DNA of 64,000 bases, from positions 157,356,001 to 157,420,000 of the forward strand of contig NC_042997.1 in assembly GCF_006345805.1 (NCBI RefSeq). The letters are read 5' to 3'. The translations under genes were made by a program, and so were the position numbers. Source of the DNA: Octopus sinensis (Eukaryota). The notes under the pieces were generated by a model that saw only the letters and a list, made by a program, of their open reading frames with translations, searched no databases and was not told the origin of the DNA. Below, piece by piece: positions 51,322-64,000 of the stretch. The stretch's first letter is position 1; every line of letters starts with the position of its first letter.

Positions 51322-51624
51322 ATATATATAGATATATATATATATATATATATATAGAAACAGAGTGATTGATAGATAAACAACACAATAGACAAGGGAA
51401 GGAACAGAGAATGAATGAAAGTATGAAATAAATTGTAAGAGGAAGCAGTAAAAGGAATACGTCTTGCCCCAGTGTATAGGGAGATAGTTTATTTGAGAAA
51501 CTGAGAAATATATATTGGCTTATAAAATCACAAAGACATACATAATGTGTGAGCGAACGAGAGAATATCAGAAAGGGAAAAAGTGAGTGTGTATATGTGT
51601 GTGTGTGTGAGTGTGTGTGTGTGT

Positions 51625-51656
<32 letters not shown>

Positions 51657-52379
51657 CTGTGTGTGTGTGTGTGGTGTGTGTGTGTGTGTGTGTATGTGTA
51701 TGGAAAGAGATACTGTGAGTATGTGTTTTTGCGTTTGTATGTGGATGTCAGTGTCTGAGAGTGAGAGATAGATTTGCCAATGAAGGAAGGGTAGATTTTG
51801 GCAGCATCAGAGTCTGTGCTTGAGTAACAAGTGAGAGAGTTAGAAAGTAACAAGATTATCGCAATAAATCAACGACATGATCACGTGATATACACACGCA
51901 AACGAATACACACACAAACACACATACACACACACACACACACATACATACATTTGCATAACTCACATACCCTTAATGTCCCAAACATATACATATCACA
52001 TACAAACGCACTGAAATACATAGAAAATTAGATACATCACACATTCACGTAACCACACATATACATTCAATAGAACCACACACACAGCACAAACCCACAA
52101 CGCATACAACCACACAAAAAAACACAACATATATACATGCTTATGCACACGTAGAATTTTTCCGGTACAAATATCTCAATCAATTTATGTCGACAGTGGC
52201 CCAAAATGTGTAGTTTGCCAGGCTATCAGACGCCATCACTGCTGCAGTTACAACAACCCTCAAAGCTCTAGCATATGTACTTATATATTTATACACGAAA
52301 CTGAAAAATGAATTATATAAAGAAAGAAAAAAAAAACTGGATGAGTCCACATAATTGAGGAGGGACAGTATGAGAGAGA

Positions 52380-52428
<49 letters not shown>

Positions 52429-53431
52429 AGCATATAAAGAAGAGCGGGAAAGATTACAGAGAGAAAAGTTAACGAGAAAATCAGTAAGAAGTGGGGAGTG
52501 AAGAATGGACGGAGAAAGAAACTTAGAGACAGAAGAAGCTATTTTCGAGATGTACCTTAGTTTTTTAATTACTAAAATGAAAAATGAATCCTAAAAGCAG
52601 GATAATTTCACAAAATAGGGTAGAGAAAGATAAGGAAATATTGAGGGAAGACTGAGAGAAAGAGGGAGAGAAAAGTGAAAAAAAGTGGGTGAAATGAGAG
52701 AAAGAGTGAGAGAAAAGAAGGAAAGAGGTAACCATAGTCTTTAGTGTAGTACCTTAGTTTCTTGAAAATTAGGGTTTACTTTAGTACAAAACTTGAAATT
52801 TATATGAGGAAAGCGAAATGGGATATCAAGGGGTTAATTGGTTTTAAACGGGCCTTTAAACTAGTTGTTGAGTCCGTCGATTGGCTAAGAGATAATCAGT
52901 ATTGGAATGGATTCGCCATAAGAAATATATATTGGTTTCGTTTTGACATAATATGTAGCTACATACTCACATACACACAAAACTCGCAATGACATTCTCA
53001 CACAAACATTGATACATATATACACATCGAGGAAGAGAGAGAGAAAGGGACAGAGGAGGACGACAATAATGATTAAAACGAAAAGTTGTGATGGTGATGA
53101 GTTGTATCAGTGAAATGAAGCTAGGTTTCAGAGTACCCATGTTCATTAATACGCATTTTCTTTTAAACTAAAAAATGATAATTAGTCTGACTGTATCGAT
53201 TTCATTATAGCACTGGTGCTATGTTAAAGCTGTCGTTGAAGCAAAAGATACCTCAGCTGAAAATATTGAAGAACTGAATTTCATTATATCGCAACTCATT
53301 CATAGCTTTGTTCCTTCTTTCTCTCTCTCTCTCTCTCCCTCTCTCTTTCTCGCACACACAAGCACACACGCACACACGCATACAAACGCACCACACGCAC
53401 ACGCACACACGCATACAAACGCACCACACGC

Positions 53432-53462
<31 letters not shown>

Positions 53463-54106
53463 AATATGCACATTCATAAATATAAATTCAAAGGTGAAGA
53501 GAAATTGAGATGTACGTTTCGGAAAAAATAGTTCATCACAAAAACTATATTGAACATAAATGAAGTGAAGTAGATACAATTCAATCAAAACAAGCTTTGC
53601 GGGTTTTTTTACTAACATGGGGCGCAATATATTTCTACGATGCTTTTTCCATATAGAAATTATTTATGTTGATCAAAAGTACTTCAGTCATTCAATAAAG
53701 TAAAGAAAAACAATTTTTAACTAAAGAACATCTATGCCTTGAATGAAATATAACTTTTATAACTGAATTGAAAATCCAATATAGTAACGCTTTGTCAGAG
53801 TTGTAATAGAATCGATTGCATTAACTTCGAGAGATCAGAGATAATGAACGAAGTCGAGTTCAGTGAAGTGAATTTTTCTATTTTAAAGATCGTAACCCGT
53901 TCAATTTAGCATTCAACCAGATTGACTAAACTAGCCACCATTCTGTTATTAAAGAAATGAAAAAGATTGGATAACTGGTATTTAGTTAATAGACCCTGGA
54001 AAGATGAAAGACAAAGTTGACCTCGGCAGAATTTGAACTCAGAATGTACGCTAAGCATTTCGCCCGGCGTGCTAACGACTCTGCCAGCTCGCCCACCCTA
54101 ATAATG

Positions 54107-54171
<65 letters not shown>

Positions 54172-54219
54172 CATAATAATAATAATAATAATAATAATAA
54201 TATAATAATAATAATAATA

Positions 54220-54250
<31 letters not shown>

Positions 54251-54459
54251 AAAATTTTACCACATGTACATAAATGAGAAAGCAATGTAATGACAATTTG
54301 AGTGAGGATATGCGTAAAAGATGAGGGGAAGGAAGGGAAAAGATGGTGAAATGGCATAACAGTATACAGAGAAAACAAAGCATGTAAACATACAATGGTG
54401 CAATCCGCCTGATATAGGATAGCCTCCAACTAGGACCATTCAATACACAAGCCCTCACC

Positions 54460-54676
54460 CAGCTGCTTGTCTTCCTATATGCAGATCCATGCTTAGAGTA
54501 GGTCCATTCACCATAACCATTTTTGCCACTATCACCCATCTTTTTACAAATTGGCTGGTAGAGATTCCCTTTCCATCCTCACTTTCCTTTTCAATCGAAA
54601 CTTAAAAAACTCCACGAGGAAGGTGTCTTTTTCAATCCTCTCAGCCTTGTCCATCACACAGCCTCTTTCGTCTAGC
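54460..54676 (-). pseudogene. Tx1/L1-like LINE 3' end fragment
   Basis: FLVEFFKFRLKRKVRMERE...KRWVIVAKM pattern, typical of Tx1-clade ORF2 C-termini (from memory). Confidence 0.5.
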
Positions 54677-54685
54677 CACTTGTAA

Positions 54686-55020
54686 AAGACCCCCTTCGGC
54701 CAGGCACTGACCATGGGTTTGCACCTAGAGAGATACCCTCTGAGGCACAAGTCTGGGCAAGGTTGTTTTATGGAAGACCAGCAGTCGCCCATGCATACCG
54801 GCCTCCCCTCTCCACGTCACCGATGTTGTCCAAGGGAAAGGCAAGGGCCGATACAGCTTGGCACCTGTGACGTCGCAACTCATTTCTACAGCTGAGTGAA
54901 CTGGAGCAACGTGAAATAAAGTGCCTTGCTCAAGAACACAACACGCAGCCCGGTCCGGGATTCCAGCTCACAACCTCACGATCGTAAGCTCGACGCTCTA
55001 ACCACTGAGCCATGCGCCTT
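54686..55020 (-). mobile_element. SINE family C with 9-bp TSD
   Basis: CACTTGTAA at 54677-54685 and 55021-55029. Confidence 0.9.
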
Positions 55021-55029
55021 CACTTGTAA

Positions 55030-55720
55030 TAATAATAATAATAATGTTCCTTTCTACTAAAGGTACAAGGCCTGAAATTTTGTGGGAGGGGACTACTCGA
55101 TTACATCGACCCCAGTGTTTCATTGGTACTTAATTTATCGACCCCGAAAAGATAAAAGGTAAAGTCGACTTCAGGGGAATTTGAACTCAGAACGTAGGGA
55201 CGAGCGAAATACCGCTAAGCATTTCATCCAGTACGCTAATGATTCTGCCAACTCGCTACTGTCTTGTAATAGTAATAATCCTTTCTACTGAAGGCACAAG
55301 GCCTTGAAATTTGGGGGGAGGGGGTACAAGTCGATTACATTAAACCCAGTGTTTCACTGGTATTTAATTTATCGATCCCAAAAGGATGGAAGGCAAAGTC
55401 GACCTCGATGAAATTTGATCTCAGAACAAAACGAAGGGCGAAATACTGCTAAGCATTTCGTCCAGCGTGCTAACGATTCTGCCAACTCGTTGCCTTCTTG
55501 TAATAATAATAATAATGAGAATTATTTGGCTGAAGGTTAGAAATTTTAAGGAAATTACATCGACCCCAGTCAAGAACTGGTACTATTTTATCGACATTAA
55601 AAGGAATGAAGGTAAAATTCGACCTTGATAGAAAGCAAACTCAGGACATAGAGAATCGCATGAAATACCACAAAGCAATCGTTCGATGCAACAATGATTC
55701 TGCTTCCTCACCGCCTCCGA
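55030..55720 (-). mobile_element. Three head-to-tail family B SINEs
   Basis: Units at about 55030-55262, 55263-55496 and 55497-55720, each opening with cttgtaata(a/g)taataat; the third is more diverged. Confidence 0.8.
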
Positions 55721-56811
55721 TCGTTTCTAATGTAAACTTAAAGCCGACAATTTTTGAACTGTTATCAAACAACACTCTTCCTTCAAAATTGTTGCCTAAA
55801 TTAGAAACTTGTGCCTAAATTAGAAACTAAATAAGGATAATCAAAACTTTTTAAAGCAATAAAAATGAAGTCTCTATATATTGTAACTTATCAGACAGTT
55901 GTGGTTTGTGGTACTCAGAAATTTCAGAAAAGGTAAAATGAAATATTATTTTCACAACGAGGCAGCGAGTGCACGAGTGCTCTATCTTCTAGAAATGGCA
56001 ACCAAATCTTTCTCAAGTTACACCCATTGTTAAAAATATAAGAAGAACAGAAATGTAGTCAAAGATCGCAATGAAAGGACAAGATGATTACGACTGAAAT
56101 ACTCTGGTTCAATTTTCTGTTCAATCATGGTTGACTCGTGGATAAATAACAATAACAGCAATGGCAATTAATATTGCAAAAACAACAACCAGACTGCCTG
56201 AATTCAGAAATATAAAGGTATACATATAATTTCAGATGATATGTGATATACACAGTTAATAAATAAATAATTTTAAAATTGCTCCCCTACTATTGAAGAC
56301 AGTTATTCGTATTTGATGGAGGGAGAATAGTTAAGTTCCAAAATGCTTAGTCAACCTCCGGTTCAGAATGCCTTCACATTCTCTAGTTTCCAGACGAAAC
56401 TACAGACTTAGACCTTTTAACCCGACTCAAACTTGTCAGTCTTACCAAGATTCCACAGAATTTTACCGCTGCTGGCAATAAATTCTCTCTCAAAATTTTA
56501 CCTTCCACATTCAAATGATATGAAGCGAATGTGTTGAAACTAATTGGAGGAAAATATAAAAACAAAACGAAAAAAAAAAAAAAAGAAAATTATTGAAGAA
56601 TTCCATGCCGTAGTTGCACCGCTATCAGCACCATCGAACTAACAAGAAAGTCACTACTTGGTCACTCAACCTGCTAGAAATAACTGCCAGAACATTTTAG
56701 ATAAGGATTCTGTAGTCATAGACACACCTAAAATTACTAACTTTGGTAGAACCAAAACTGGATCAGAGTTCATCAGGGGGCTAAATCATAACAATAACAA
56801 CACAAACAACA

Positions 56812-56826
56812 GCCATCACCACTTTT

Positions 56827-56865
<39 letters not shown>

Positions 56866-56882
56866 GTCGTCGTCGTCATCGC

Positions 56883-56934
<52 letters not shown>

Positions 56935-57000
56935 TTCATCATCATCATCATCATCATCATCATATCATCATCATCATCATCATCATGAACTTCGTCATCA
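56812..57000. repeat. (CAT)n microsatellite with CGT/CGC/CTT variants
   Basis: Directly visible; the register shifts near 56963. Confidence 0.9.
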
Positions 57001-57557
57001 TCGACTGCATCCATATTCTCCTATCCCCAGTGATTTTATAATTCATGCGAATACGCGGTAGTTTCCCGCGTGTTCCAACGGTTAAAAGCCTAATGCTAAT
57101 TCTATATGTGCTGTGGCTTGACCAGCACCTAGGCATTGCTTTGCTCAAAGATGGCTCTGCCTCCAATTATCATCATTCCGTTTTCCTCCTCCCTCCCCTT
57201 CATCCTCTTCGTCATTTAGTTCCTTACACTCAACATCACACATTCTGGAAGTAATAAAGACACATCCTTGATTACTTTGAGCATCAAATTAACACTACAG
57301 TGCCGAAATTGTAACATTTGCATGACATGCGACGGGTGTGTAGGAGTAGTTAAAGTAGTAGCTATCGTTGCTTAGCTTCACATAGGTTCTAATCGAGTAG
57401 ATCAGAGCTATGATCACAGGCGGTTCTAACAGTGACCATCCCAACCTTTTTTTTTTATAGACACAGCATATATAGAACCACGTTATCTATCCTATCAAGA
57501 TATAAGGTGTGATTTGAAAAAAAATTCTCTGTTAAATCTTATAGGCCAAACCATACA

Positions 57558-57590
<33 letters not shown>

Positions 57591-58111
57591 AATGCTTTCT
57601 TTGCTTGCTAGATTGGCTTCAACTGTTGTTTAATGAACAGTAAAACACCGGAGAAAGTTACTAGACAGATATCAAATTACTTCCGACTGCATAAAGGGTG
57701 ACTTTATTTTGTAAACAACCGTTGGATTAGTTATTATGTAAGGCGAATTATGAATGAATAGGGCTGAGGATTGTATGTTGTACGCATGTGTAAATTTCAG
57801 GATCGTTACACGTATAGGTATATACATACAAATATACCAGATTGTAAGTGCTGTAAAATATATACAAACACATATTTTACATAGTTCTTAGAGCAAATAT
57901 TAGCAAACATAAGCCTCAAATGTTATATTTTACTTAGTACATGTCGCAAACAATACAACATTCAACTCTAGAACTCATTACGTTATCTAGAGTTGCTAGA
58001 TATATTGATTAAATCAAAATATGACAATCTCCTCTGTCATTTCTTCCTTGGTTGATACCAGCTGATCTGTCAAGTCAATCATGTTATGTATATACAAATT
58101 CTTTTATTCTT

Positions 58112-58456
58112 CTACATGTTCCAGTCATTTGACTGCGGCCATGCTGGAGAACCGCCTTAAAAAGTTTTTTAGATGAAGAAATCGACCCGAGGATTTATTC
58201 TTTGTAAGCCTAGTACTTATTCTATCGGTTTCTCTTGCCGAACTGCTAAGTTACGGAGAAGTAAACACACCAACATCGGTTGTCAAGTGACACAAAGACA
58301 TACACATAAATACGCGCGCACACACACACACATACACAACAAGCTTCTTTCAGTTTCCGTCTACGAAATTCACTCACAAAGCTTTGGTCAACCCGAGGCT
58401 ATAGTAGAAGACACTTTCCCAAGGTGCCATGCAGTGGGACTGAACTCGGAACCATG

Positions 58457-58460
<4 letters not shown>
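58112..58460 (-). mobile_element. SINE family A
   Basis: cagtcatttgactgcggccatgctggag..ccaaggtgccatgcagtgggactgaac. Confidence 0.85.
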
Positions 58461-58495
<35 letters not shown>

Positions 58496-59089
58496 CTTAC
58501 GTCATTAGAATTTAGAAAATTCGAGAAATTGAAAGGCGTTGCATCTATACAAAGGCATACCGATTTCAGAATCACCACATTATAGGAGGTGTGTCTATGT
58601 ACGAATCTGTATTATGTAATTCCCTGTCTGAAGAATTTCTCATAGGAAATCCCTTACATGTCTATCTATGTAGAACTCTGTAATTCCTATTAGCGAATGG
58701 AACATGTGTAATGGTGAATAAATAATACATAAAAATTTTCTAACTTCTTTTTTTGTTAAAAAAAAAAAAAAATAGAGGATAAGATAACGATCCTTCCCGA
58801 GTTTCGCAGAGACGCGTAAGACCGGTTTCTCAGTTTCCGTGGGGCACAAATACCCCACCTGGACGGGACACCGGTCTGTCGCAGTATTACTCATTTTCAC
58901 CAGCTGAGTGAAATGAAGCAACGTGAAACGAAGTATTTTTCCCAAGAACATAACGTGTCAACCGGTCCAGGACTCAGGATCACAAACTTACGAACATGAG
59001 ATCGACCATACTAACCACTAAGACCCGCGCCCCCACTTCCTTATTTGGTGTACGTACATAGACATATACGTGTGGTACCACACACACAC

Positions 59090-59143
<54 letters not shown>

Positions 59144-59167
59144 ATATATATTATATATGTATTATAT

Positions 59168-59450
59168 GTGGAGGCCCAGTGGTTAGGGCAGCGGACTCGC
59201 AGTCGGAGGATCGCGGTTTCGATTCCCAGACCGTGCGTTGTGCGTATTTATTGAGCGAAAACACCTAAAAGCTCCACGAGGCTCCGGCAGGTGGTGGTGG
59301 TGACCCTGTAGTACTCCCTCACCCAAACTTTCTCTCACTCTTTCTTCCTGTTTCTAGCGTCTCGTCCAGCTGGGGGGGGGGGGAACACATACGCCACAGA
59401 AACCGGGAAACCGGGCGGGCCCATGCGCCTGGCTACGCTTGAAAAGGGTT
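59168..59450 (+). mobile_element. SINE family D, second copy with different 3' part
   Basis: cccagtggttagggcagcggactcgc..gagcgaaaacacctaaaagctccacgaggctccggcagg matches 24446-24821. Confidence 0.8.
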
Positions 59451-59987
59451 CATAAATAATATATATGTATATATATATATATGAGCATGTCTGTCTGTAT
59501 AAGCTGTAACGGTTTTCAGCATGATCGTGTATAAGTTGCATTCGACACTCAGTTAATAGTCCAGATGTATGGTTAACTATGCATTGTATGTTGCACTGAA
59601 GACATGTAAATTAAATATTCAACCGAAGTCATAATGATCTAGCATCTTATTCTGTTAATTAGTTTGTTTCTAATTAACACCTAACATTTCGTACTTGGTG
59701 TACTGTCCTCGGTTACTTTCTCGGCTGAGATTAAGAGATTAGTTTTAATGTTATTCTATCTAATTAAACGCAGAAATATTGGTAATATGAACATCTCATA
59801 ATATGGTCTTATGTGAGTCATCTCTCTCTCTCTCTCGCTCTTTTTCTTACATGTAAATAACATGCTTTTAAATCTGTCTGTCTGTCTTCCTCTCGCTATC
59901 TCTCCCTCTCTCTTTCTCTCTCTATATATGTATATGAACGCATACACACACAATTATATACGTATAAATGAGAAACATTCAAACGGA

Positions 59988-60022
<35 letters not shown>

Positions 60023-60087
60023 ATACACATATATTTGTATATCTATATGTATATATATACATATATACATATACGTATACACACACA

Positions 60088-60129
<42 letters not shown>

Positions 60130-60714
60130 ACACATATATATATCTATATATATATATATATATATAATATACATATACGTATATATATATATATACATGT
60201 TTATGCATGTAATACAATATATATATATATGTAAATGTGTTTGAATACACACACATATATAATAATATAAATAATATATAAATATATGCATATATGCATA
60301 CATATATACATACACACTCATACAGACACACACACACACACACAAATATATATATATATATATACATACTCACACATACAGATGCATAACTGAATAGATA
60401 TATGCATGAACATGTGTGTAAGTACTGAAGTACTGTACATTTATTTGTGCTATAATTTGAAGGTCTGTGTATCTCAATGTATCATAAGTGTGCCAGACTA
60501 CATCTGAGCACCCCTGTTTGTATGTATGTCTGTCTCCCTGCATCACTCACTCTGTCTCTTTCTCACACACACAGCTATGCACTTTACACACGCACGCACA
60601 CATACACACACACGCTCACACACACGAGCATATATTTACATGCACACGCAAATACATACACATATAGTCACACATATCTCTTTCCCTCCCCCTCTCTCAC
60701 TCATTCTCCCAATA

Positions 60715-60829
<115 letters not shown>

Positions 60830-60853
60830 GCGATGTGTGTGTGTGAGTATACG

Positions 60854-60906
<53 letters not shown>

Positions 60907-61445
60907 TGAGAAAGGAACAAAAAATTATCTTATAAATGCCGTTTCTGCTATATGATGCAGTAGATTCATAGTTGAGTGGCTGCGTAATACCTTATAGCTT
61001 CATCGGAGCCTCAAACATGAAGCTATAAAGTGCTACACAGTCACGCAATTGTGAGTACACTGCATCTGATAGCAGAAACAGCTGTGAGCCAGTGAAGCTC
61101 ATAGCATGTCCTCTCATTTTCTTATTACCGTTATGTACTTGACTAACGACAAGCATGTGTATATTGAGTTCTACACTAGATTATTAGTATCGCAGTACCT
61201 AAGTGATCTATATATAATGGGCGCAGGCGTGGCTGTGTGGTTAGAAGCTTGCTACTCAACTACAGACATAGGCATACACACACACGCACACACACACACA
61301 CTCACATACACACACACACATTCTCTCTCTCTTTTTCTCTCACACAAAAACCAAACACACACACACATGTATACATACAGTTCAATATATGTGTATGTAT
61401 TGCTGCTTTCTTACGAAGTGTGTGTGTGCGTGTGTGTGTGTGTGT

Positions 61446-61490
<45 letters not shown>

Positions 61491-61599
61491 TTTTCGGTAC
61501 ATAAAATTAAAGCAGAAATGTGACTGTCGGTTTCACAAATGGTTACGCAATAAATGGGAATTATGAAACCGTCGGCGGAAATGACAGCCACATTAATAT

Positions 61600-61815
61600 T
61601 GGTTTCAACTTTTGGCAGAAGGTAAGTTATTTTTAGTGAGACAGCAAGTTGATTGCATCGACTCCCAGTGCTCAACTGGTACTTATTATATATAGCCCAA
61701 AAGGATGAAAGGCAAAGTCCACCTCAGTGCAATTTGAGGTTAGAACGTAAAGACTGTTGAAATGCCTCAATGCAATTTGCCCGGCGTGCTAACGATTCTG
61801 CCAGCTCGCCGCCTT
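61600..61815 (-). mobile_element. SINE family B
   Basis: aaaggatgaaaggcaaagtc..gcccggcgtgctaacgattctgccagctcgccgcc. Confidence 0.8.
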
Positions 61816-62850
61816 ATGTGATAGTCATGTTAATATTTTGAAAGTTGTACTGTTATAATACATGAATACATAAATTCATTGCAACACAGAAAAACTGACA
61901 GACACCATACATACGCATACATACACACTAACTCTATCACATATATATATTCCTCCACGAGATTTTTATGCGAAATTTCAAGAGCCGAATATTACACGTA
62001 TTACTTCAGAGAGACTGAAATTTACGGTAGAGCCCAAAGTATGATTTAAGTAGTATAACATAGTATAATTTACAAATGATCGTTTAAATCATTGGTTCTC
62101 AACTAGGATCCATGTGTCCTTTGAGGATCCATATAGGATTTTTCTGCTAAAATTTATCTGCAATAAATTGGTTATACTTCCACAATATACAAACTATTTA
62201 AATTTTTTATTCTGTTGTGTCTGGGGAGAGTCGTTTCCTTTTTGTGCCTTATAATGTAACACACTTACCGGTAAAATTTCCACTTTTTTCTTATTTTTAT
62301 TTTCCTAAAATTTTCGTTGCATTGTATCGCTTATGAATACTTACAGAATATGTTTTATTATTCTTCATTATACTTCATTAACGACCTACATCGAAGTGGC
62401 TCTCTACTCTATACTGTATATCTGTATATCAGTGCTGATTTTTTACTTCTAATTGGGTAAATTAATGAAGTTTTAAACTTATAAATTCTGAAACGAAAAC
62501 GAAAGGTAGAACCTTTCGTCGCTTATCTGGCAACATTGGTTAAACTCCTGCACAGCTGTGTTTACATCTACGAACTGTAATCTGTTCAGGAATTCATTAT
62601 GTACTGGAAAGTACCATCCATTCAGATATATTATATATTCTGGCAAATGCACATGGTCTAGCTAGTATAAGAAATTACGGTGTGATGTACTTTGTATGGC
62701 ACTAATTATATTACGAAAACTGTAGTGCTTCTCCGATAATAAAGCTGAGGAATCTGTAACTCAACGTTTGGCTTAAATTTTTATCAAAACAAATTAAATG
62801 GGAAAAATTTCACTGGTTAATCCCTCAACTTGCAATTGTTGATCTGTTAC

Positions 62851-62962
62851 CTGCCAAAAATTAAGATTGAATTTTGCACAAGATACATGAATAATTGCAG
62901 AGATTTGACCCCGTGGATATACATTTGTGGGTTTAGATGATCTCATAGGATTTGGTAATACA
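62851..62962 (-). CDS. Candidate exon with FN3 A/B strand-like motif
   Basis: gatag|VLPNPMRSSKPTNVYPRGQISAIIHVSCAKFNLNFWQ|gtaac. PTNV..IHVS resembles PxNLxV..IxVSW, but the conserved Trp is absent. Confidence 0.22.
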
Positions 62963-63324
62963 CTATCAACATTGAATATGTTTCTCTTCATGGATTACAA
63001 ATCGAAATCAGAGAGAGGGGGGAAGAGGGAGAGAGAGAGGGGAAAGAAGGAGAGAGAGAGGGGGAAGAAGGAGAGAGAGAGGGGAGACATAGAAAAACAA
63101 AATTTGCAAGTAGGTTGCCTTCAGACATCCTTTCAAATATAGAGTAGTCTTTCCTTTCAATGCTGAGTCGCAATGCAAAAATAAGAAAAATAGATAAAAC
63201 CAAACAATTCACTTGTATTCTTCATAGATGCAGCAAAACAGAAGATCTAGCCATCCTGGATATTCAGCTTTCATTATAAGTTGTCTTTGGAGCCTTCAGC
63301 CCTAAGAAACAAAATCTTTCCAAC

Positions 63325-63399
63325 ACGTGTTTCCCTAAGCTACCCTACGTTAGCGAGTATACATCCAATGCTTTTCATAAAGTCTTTCACAAAGAAGGG

Positions 63400-63405
<6 letters not shown>
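63325..63405 (+). pseudogene. Penelope-like linker fragment
   Basis: FPKLPYVSEYTSNAFHKVFHKEGI matches the LPY..S..I.R.L.K.GI linker that precedes GIY-YIG domains in PLEs. Confidence 0.5.
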
Positions 63406-63441
<36 letters not shown>

Positions 63442-63455
63442 TCTCTCTCTCTCAC

Positions 63456-63518
<63 letters not shown>

Positions 63519-64000
63519 ATATATAACTGGCCCACTAAGGCCCTTCCGTCAGGAAATGTTTGTCGAAGAATCTTCTTCCCCAGGAGAAAAATCCACGATG
63601 CTAGCCACCAGTTCTATCCACAACAGAAACATGGGCTTGTATATCAGACATATGCCGTATATCAGACCCTCTGTTTCAAATTCAATGAATATCATACAAG
63701 TAGTACGATTCGGCAACGACATACTCGAATCAGAAGACATACACTTCATTGTACAAAATATAAAAGGATAAAAAGTAGGAAGAAAAAATCGGAAAATATG
63801 AAAATATAACGAAGATATTGTAATGACCATTACCGGCATAGACCATAATATCGTAATATTGAATAACTCTGATTACGAAACTCTTATTGAGATCTTCAAT
63901 CCAATCTAAACATTTCCGGTCAGAAGAAATATCCTTTACTATAATGATGGAAACCAAATTCTATTTTAAAAAGATATTTTGATAAACCCCCAACCTCACA

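Noticed and set aside
56658-57041. 127-aa ORF with a poly-His run
   Set aside because: The His run is a (CAT)n microsatellite with a frameshift at about 56963, and the flanks have no recognisable domain.
63549-63957. Three overlapping 70-96 aa ORFs with FN3-like (minus) or PLE thumb-like (plus) wording
   Set aside because: Opposite-strand interpretations are equally weak, and the window edge prevents resolution.

Overview
This is AT-rich, microsatellite-saturated animal genomic DNA, intronic or intergenic. Its tRNA-derived SINE families resemble those I recall from Octopus assemblies; the species call is an inference. No host protein-coding gene can be identified with confidence. Almost all ORFs in the supplied track are translations of (TA)n, (CA)n, (TATC)n, (TGTA)n, (AAT)n or (CAT)n repeats, or of decayed transposases. 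Recognisable content includes at least five SINE families (my labels A-D plus one hammerhead-bearing family) and two mariner elements with paired TIRs. It also includes two DD37D (maT-type) fossils, a Tigger/pogo fossil, a Chapaev-like fossil, a Helitron-like element, MITEs, and RTE-, Tx1- and Penelope-like (PLE) remnants. The most striking signal is a set of hammerhead-ribozyme motifs. One complete minimal type I core sits in the tail of a tRNA-headed SINE present in two copies. Two opposing hammerheads lie in one fold-back element, and others lie at the 3' ends of PLE relics. The window also has an unusually high density of long inverted repeats. Other signals are a candidate RFX X-box plus NF-Y promoter module and several low-confidence minus-strand exon candidates. 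All alignments, translations and folds were done by eye, and boundaries of decayed elements are approximate.
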